A DNA stretch of 64,000 nucleotides from Chrysomallon squamiferum (lineage: Eukaryota; Animalia; Mollusca). The notes under the pieces were generated by a model. It ran no database searches. It was not told the DNA's origin and worked only from the letters and a program-made list of their open reading frames with translations. The translations under genes and the position numbers were made by a program. The stretch covers positions 28,520,001-28,584,000 of the forward strand of contig CM022673.1 of NCBI GenBank assembly GCA_012295275.1, written 5' to 3'. Below, piece by piece: positions 58,486 through 64,000 of the stretch (positions are counted from its first letter, which is position 1; the number at the start of each line of letters is the position of its first letter).

Positions 58486-58663
58486 CGATAGCTAAATATG
58501 AAATACATAAAACAAAATACATTTATATTGAAGTAAAGATGCGATCAAGAACAAGGATATGCTTTCTTCAAGCCAGCAAGAAATGTACAATAATAAACAA
58601 TGGGAACATTATAACCCGAGTTGTGAATGTTTAACAAGTTTTATTTGATGATAACACCTTTAC

Positions 58664-58768
58664 CTTTAATGTTAAAATCTAAGATGGAGTTGTCTGCCGC
58701 TCCTTCTTCCTCGATGTCCTCAGGAAACGAGTCAGTGTCATCAATTATTGTATTGTTCTCGGAAACAG
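58664..58768 (-). CDS. Mosaic protein exon, acidic linker
   Basis: ttgcag|CT...AAAG|gtaaag, 105 nt, phase 1-1. Translates AVSENNTIIDDTDSFPEDIEEEGAADNSILDFNIK. Confidence 0.75.
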
Positions 58769-59222
58769 CTGCAAAATAAAGACTTTTTAAATGAAACGTC
58801 TTGTAAACTTTGCAAAAGAAAATTTTGTGGAAAACAAAATGATTTTTACGGTCGTTATAATCGTTAAAATTAAAACGATCATTGTCATCGTAATCATCAT
58901 CATTATCGTCATCATTACTCTCATCATCATTTATTATCATCACTGTTATCATAATATTTCGCTTTTATTTATTATATGTCATAATCTATGATTTAAAAAG
59001 ATGCTCAGATGAACGAATGTAAATGAAATGTATGCTTTTTAATTTTTAACAGAGTTTGGGTAGAATTTAAAAATAAGACTAAACTTTAAATCTTAAATTT
59101 GATTGCACTGTTTGAAGGCAGTATTAAAATTCACATTTTTCGCTAGTAATAACAAAAATAATGATAATTATAAACACCGTAACAAGGTAAGTAATAAAAT
59201 AACGATTATTTATGACATTCAC

Positions 59223-59294
59223 CTTGTGGCAAAGTCTCTGTACGTGGCGTGGTTTGTTCTTTGTTACGTTCTTTCTCTTGCACTGATGTCGTTC
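59223..59294 (-). CDS. Mosaic protein exon, Thr/charged linker
   Basis: ttccag|GA...CAAG|gtgaat, 72 nt, phase 1-1. Translates TTSVQEKERNKEQTTPRTETLPQ. Confidence 0.7.
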
Positions 59295-59835
59295 CTGGAA
59301 ATATCATTGGTTTAGATAATCAGATCACTTTAACAACAATTCTTTACAACTTATTTGCATAGAATTTATCAAATAAAAGAAGCCGAAATGAAATTTAAAT
59401 CATCTTCAGAATGCTGTTTCATTTGTCTGTCATACTGTATGCAGTCATCCATTTGTAGTATTTAGAAGTTCTGATAAGGTGCCCATAAAGAAGTTACTTT
59501 TTTTTTGACACACCAGAATGAGCTGATTCGATGAATACTGTCATGAACAAAATATAAAGTAGCCTTGGATTAAGTTATATATTTCCATTTCCCATTTCAG
59601 TATTTATACTTCTGCATTTGTGTAATGCATGCATACAAATGACTGCAATGTGTGCAATTTATTTGATTTCTGATTTGAAGACGCACTTTGTCTCGGTTCT
59701 GTATTGTGTTCGCTTAACTGCCGTCTAGTTCGGTTTATCCGAGTCATAGAAAATATATTTAACTGTAAAGTTTTTAAACAGAATGCATGGTTCAGAAACA
59801 AATCTAATTCAATAACAGTGCAAGTGATAACTTAC

Positions 59836-59878
59836 TCGGCGTCAAAAAACAACAACAAAGCAAAACAGGAATCATCAT
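59836..59878 (-). CDS. Candidate first coding exon with signal-peptide-like start (MMIPVLLCCCFLTP)
   Basis: ATG, 14 mostly hydrophobic codons and 1 nt, then a consensus donor A|gtaagt. Phase 1 matches all downstream exons. With this start the spliced CDS is 2097 nt (698 aa). Confidence 0.55.
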
Positions 59879-60594
59879 AAAACTGGATTAACTCGTCTAC
59901 GTATGGTTTTGTTTTGTTGATTATTGCTGCTATTAATCGAATTGCATGAATTCTGTTTTTTTTTAGTTCAAAAATACAAGCTCTGTCGTACATAACAAGG
60001 TCGACGAATAAAAACAATAATTGAAGGTTGTCTTACTAACAAGCACGAGTTGAAAACGAAACAAAAAAAAGCGCAGGTGTTAAGTTGACTCCGCAAGGCT
60101 TTGAGTTCGGGTCTCAATTAAATGAATGCTCTTCCGATAAGTGCACTAAAATAGGATTTTGATTTTCCGCCGCGAAGGGACAATTTAGTAAAGTGGGAAA
60201 CGTGATGGTATTAATTCTCCTCGGAGTAGCTTCCAAGCATCCGGCTTTCATTTTCTTTGCCACGTTCATGCAATTAGTTAGGGCAACAATTTTCTTCAAT
60301 TTTTTATTTATTTTATTTCAATTTTTTGTTCTTCTAAAGTTGGTCATATCGTTTCTCTAGCACTTGTTGTGTTATACATCTTACTAACTAGAATTATATT
60401 GATAGACAAAAAAATAAAAAACAAAACAAAAACCCGATACAAACCAAAAAATAAATAAAAAATAAAACGATTATCCCTCGAAATTATTTAAAATATCAGT
60501 TCTTGAGCTTTCTTTAACAACAACCAAAATAAATAAATAAGTAAATTGAAATAATAATAATAAATTAAGTAACTGTTTTCACTTTTGTTTTTAC

Positions 60595-60644
<50 letters not shown>

Positions 60645-62744
60645 GTAGTAGTAGTAGTATTAGTATTAGTATTAGTATTATTATTATTAAGAACAATATT
60701 ATTCTTTTTGTTATAATTGTAATATTTCACGTATGTTTATTTTAATTCAATTTTTTTTTTAATGTAGTTTCTTATAATACTTTAAAAAATAATAAATGCC
60801 AATCTATACTTTATTTTTGAAAACTGTTTTTACTAAGCATATTTTTCTGAATATGAAACTGTTTAGAAATGATACTTCACCATCTGTTAAACCAACATTT
60901 TTATTTTCGCAATCTTTCACCAGATCACGTAAACACAATTAGACCTAATTTCCTTGACCATTACTTCATTTTACACAACTAAACGAAACATAAACTCTTG
61001 ACACCGAGACCTCTTCATTCAATAACGATTTCAGAACGTGAATATTAACGACGTTTACAAGGAATCTTGAGAGGTATTTGACTAAGACCATCATCTCCGT
61101 GGATACGCTTTCTCAAAACGGAGGAAATGCTGCTTTCCAAATCGCTGCGTCTGATTAAAGACCCGCGTCGGATCGCGACCGGCAAGGAATATTTTTGTGG
61201 AACGGGAATCCTCTTAAAGCCGGATGCTTCGACGTTAGCCGGGCACATTCACTTCGTACATTTGCCAAACCGCCGCATCCTTTCTGCCTGTCGGGAAACG
61301 ATTGGGTGGGAACAAGGATCGTGTCATCGATTTTTTTTTTTTTTTTTTAAACTTTTCCTAAGCAATCGATTTAATGATGTTTTTGGTAACTCAGCACTTC
61401 CATTAACGCCGCGTGATTTTCTTCAGAGTCACTTCTCTGATGCTGTTTATCGTTGATGTCAACAGATCGGTGGCGTTCTTCTGTGCGTTTCTCTGCTGGT
61501 TTACACAAACACAGTCCACGTTTGCATGCACGCTAACAGACACGTTTGTGCAAAACGTACTGATACAAAATACTCGGAAACATATTTACATGCACAAACA
61601 CACACATACGTACATACATTCATATATGCATACATGCATACATACATACATTCATACATACATACGTTCATACATATATATACATACATACGTACATACA
61701 TATACAAACATATATATATATATACAGACATATAAAATTGTATACTCACACAGACAAACAAACAGACATGAATGTATGCATATATATATATATAGATAGA
61801 TAGATAGATATAGATATACATACGTATACATTCATCCATACTTTAAATACACTTCTAATTTCTGTATACCTCAGAACATTGTTCTGCTTACCACTGCTGA
61901 GAATAATAATGAAGATAAAAAAAAAAAAACTGCCGCAGATGTTCACAGTCAGATAAGGCTACAAAATCTAGACAGCGGATACAATTAGCGCATCTGGCAG
62001 TGCTGTTACGGGAATACGTCAGCTAATATAGCACATTAAATAGCAGTGATTGCCGTTATATAATGGTGAGCGGGCTTAGCAGCAGATTGGAAATCTCGTT
62101 AAATAAGAATGAAATAAATATAAATTGTCAGGCATTCAAGGACTAACTGCGAAATGATTAAAAGCAAATAATGAACTGATTTTGGTTTGGTGAAGAGTCT
62201 GCTAGTGTCTGCTGTAATAGCTTCGTTTTCTTGTTGTTCGTTTTGGCTTGGTTTTTCTTTGTTAATTTTAAATTAGGTTCTTTTAGATTTTTATCTAACA
62301 GTAATCAATATGTGATATATACTGCTGTGACATATACGCATAAAAGCATCGATTTCATTTTTGTGAGAAAAAGTGTGTGACAAGCTGATAGTCAAACCAA
62401 TATCTAAAGACACACATATATATATGATAACAAATGGTTATGAATTATTACCAAATAATAACACAGAGTCTCAAAGGATTTCCTACACAGTTTGAGTTTT
62501 AAAATACCGCACCTACTTTTGCTTATAGACTTATATTGTGAATACAGTTACGAAAATATGTATATAAAATTTTAAGGCTAATTATTTTTGTCCTAAAATG
62601 CATCAACTTCATGGGAGCCAGATACTCCATTCTGTGTACTTCTGCTGATTTGTGTCTTTATAACGTAAGTGTAGTTATAATAATGGTCATAGATCTAGAT
62701 TTATATGAACCTATGCGTATTTATTTTAATCAAGCAACGTTTAC

Positions 62745-62789
62745 CTTCAGTTTTCTGAGGCGATGGCGTCTGTTTTACTGCAGCTTGAT
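62745..62789 (-). CDS. Candidate upstream internal exon of the mosaic gene (DQAAVKQTPSPQKTE)
   Basis: tttcag|AT...GAAG|gtaaac, 45 nt, open only in phase 1-1. Composition resembles the other linker exons, which implies a longer isoform starting further right. Confidence 0.5.
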
Positions 62790-63084
62790 CTGAAAATAGA
62801 AAATAAATAAACAATCAAATAAAGAAAGAAAGAAATAAAGAAAGAAATGTGCAAATGATTGATCATACTTCCACTATTTGCAATTATCAAGCAAAGAAAC
62901 TACAACTAAAACGATTGTGATTATGACGAATCTTACATGTGTTCCTTTCAGTTTGTCTGTTATTAATGTTTATTTATTAACAACGAATCTTTCCCAGTAT
63001 AAACAACAAATGCTCGTGCTAGTCTGGAATTAAAATTATTAAGCCAGACAAAAAGGATAGAGGAAGAGACAAACATAAAGACGT

Positions 63085-63281
63085 AGAGAAATACAGAAAG
63101 ATTAAGGCAACATCTCAACTGTTGGATTATGTATAGTTATGAGAGAAAGATACAGAAAATGACAAATAGATTAAAGCAACATCTCAACTGTTGGATTATG
63201 TATAGTTATGACAGAAAGACACAGAAAAGGACAAAAAGAATAAGGCAACATCTCAAACGCTGGAATACACATAGCTACGAT
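63085..63281. repeat. 69-bp minisatellite, about 3 copies (unrelated to the 3979 unit)
   Basis: gcaacatctcaa recurs at 63107, 63176 and 63245. Confidence 0.85.
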
Positions 63282-63746
63282 TTAAGTAAACCGAGCTTCA
63301 TTCTTCTGATTTCTTGCCGTAATCCTGACAACAGCCGCCAGCCTGGTAGCACGTTCTTCTGTCACTAATTGGTTAGTTTCGGACATACACCGTCTAATAA
63401 ATTTGAAACGCCTGATTTCTTCTGTATTACAAGAAATCCAAGCAATTATACTGACACCCCGAGATGTGCTCAGTAATTGGTCAGAGGCCGCCACAAGGCT
63501 GGATATGGAAACCGCGGAAAGAGACTGACTTTGAGAAACACAGAGCGGCCAAAAGGGTTAACAACATGTTTCCAAAAATCATAAACTGTGTCTGTTTGTT
63601 ATTCCCATCTTATGCCATCTTACACGCTTGGAAGAACGTAATCAACTTATTTCATAATAACCCCGAGCCGCTCGTTGAATCAGAAATGTTCAGCATGTAG
63701 GCATAGAGTTAATGAAACGTCCACGAAGGTCATGGCCTGTCTATTC

Positions 63747-64000
63747 GTATACTGTCTATACGTATACTGTCTATACGTGTACTGTCTATACGTGTACTGT
63801 CTATACGTATACTGTCTATACGTGTACTGTCTATACGTATACTGTCTATACGTATACTGTCTGTACGTATACTGTCTATACGTATACTGTCTATATGTAT
63901 ACTGTCTATACGTATACTGTCTATATGTATACTGTCTGTACGTATACTGTCTATACGTATACTGTCTATATGTATACTGTCTATATGTATACTGTCTATA
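63747..64000. repeat. 15-bp tandem repeat running off the window end
   Basis: (actgtctatacgtat)n with cgtgt/tgtat variants, about 17 copies visible. Confidence 0.95.

Noticed and set aside
61870-61896. Possible micro-exon of the mosaic gene
   Set aside because: It has a stop in phase 1, and the alternative 5-nt and 2-nt versions break the frame.
63480-63582. Minus-strand signal-peptide-like ORF MIFGNMLLTLLAALCFSKSVS
   Set aside because: No convincing phase-1 donor joins it to exon 62745-62789 before its stop, so it was left unassigned.

Overview
This is AT-rich, microsatellite-dense, intron-containing animal genomic DNA. A mollusc or other lophotrochozoan is likely, but that is inference only. 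Two convergent genes can be built by hand. (1) On +, an alpha-1,3-fucosyltransferase (GT10, FucTA-like) has coding exons 29807-30807 and 39030-39369 (446 aa) and a long uORF-bearing 5' leader. (2) On -, a multi-exon gene (52046-59878, with a further candidate exon at 62745-62789) has only phase-1 introns. It encodes an apparently secreted mosaic protein of about 698 aa: signal-like N-terminus, acidic/Pro-Thr stalk, follistatin/Kazal module, atypical TSP1 repeat, a possibly collapsed nuclease-like segment, an RKQR site, and an ENDOD1-like non-specific endonuclease domain with substituted catalytic residues. A spliceable copy of part of the nuclease exon (217/218 nt identical) lies 35 kb away at 17.7-18.0 kb. 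The rest is intronic or intergenic: microsatellites, minisatellites, SINE/LINE remnants, a perfect hairpin and a duplication-inversion. Most ORF-track entries are repeat artefacts.
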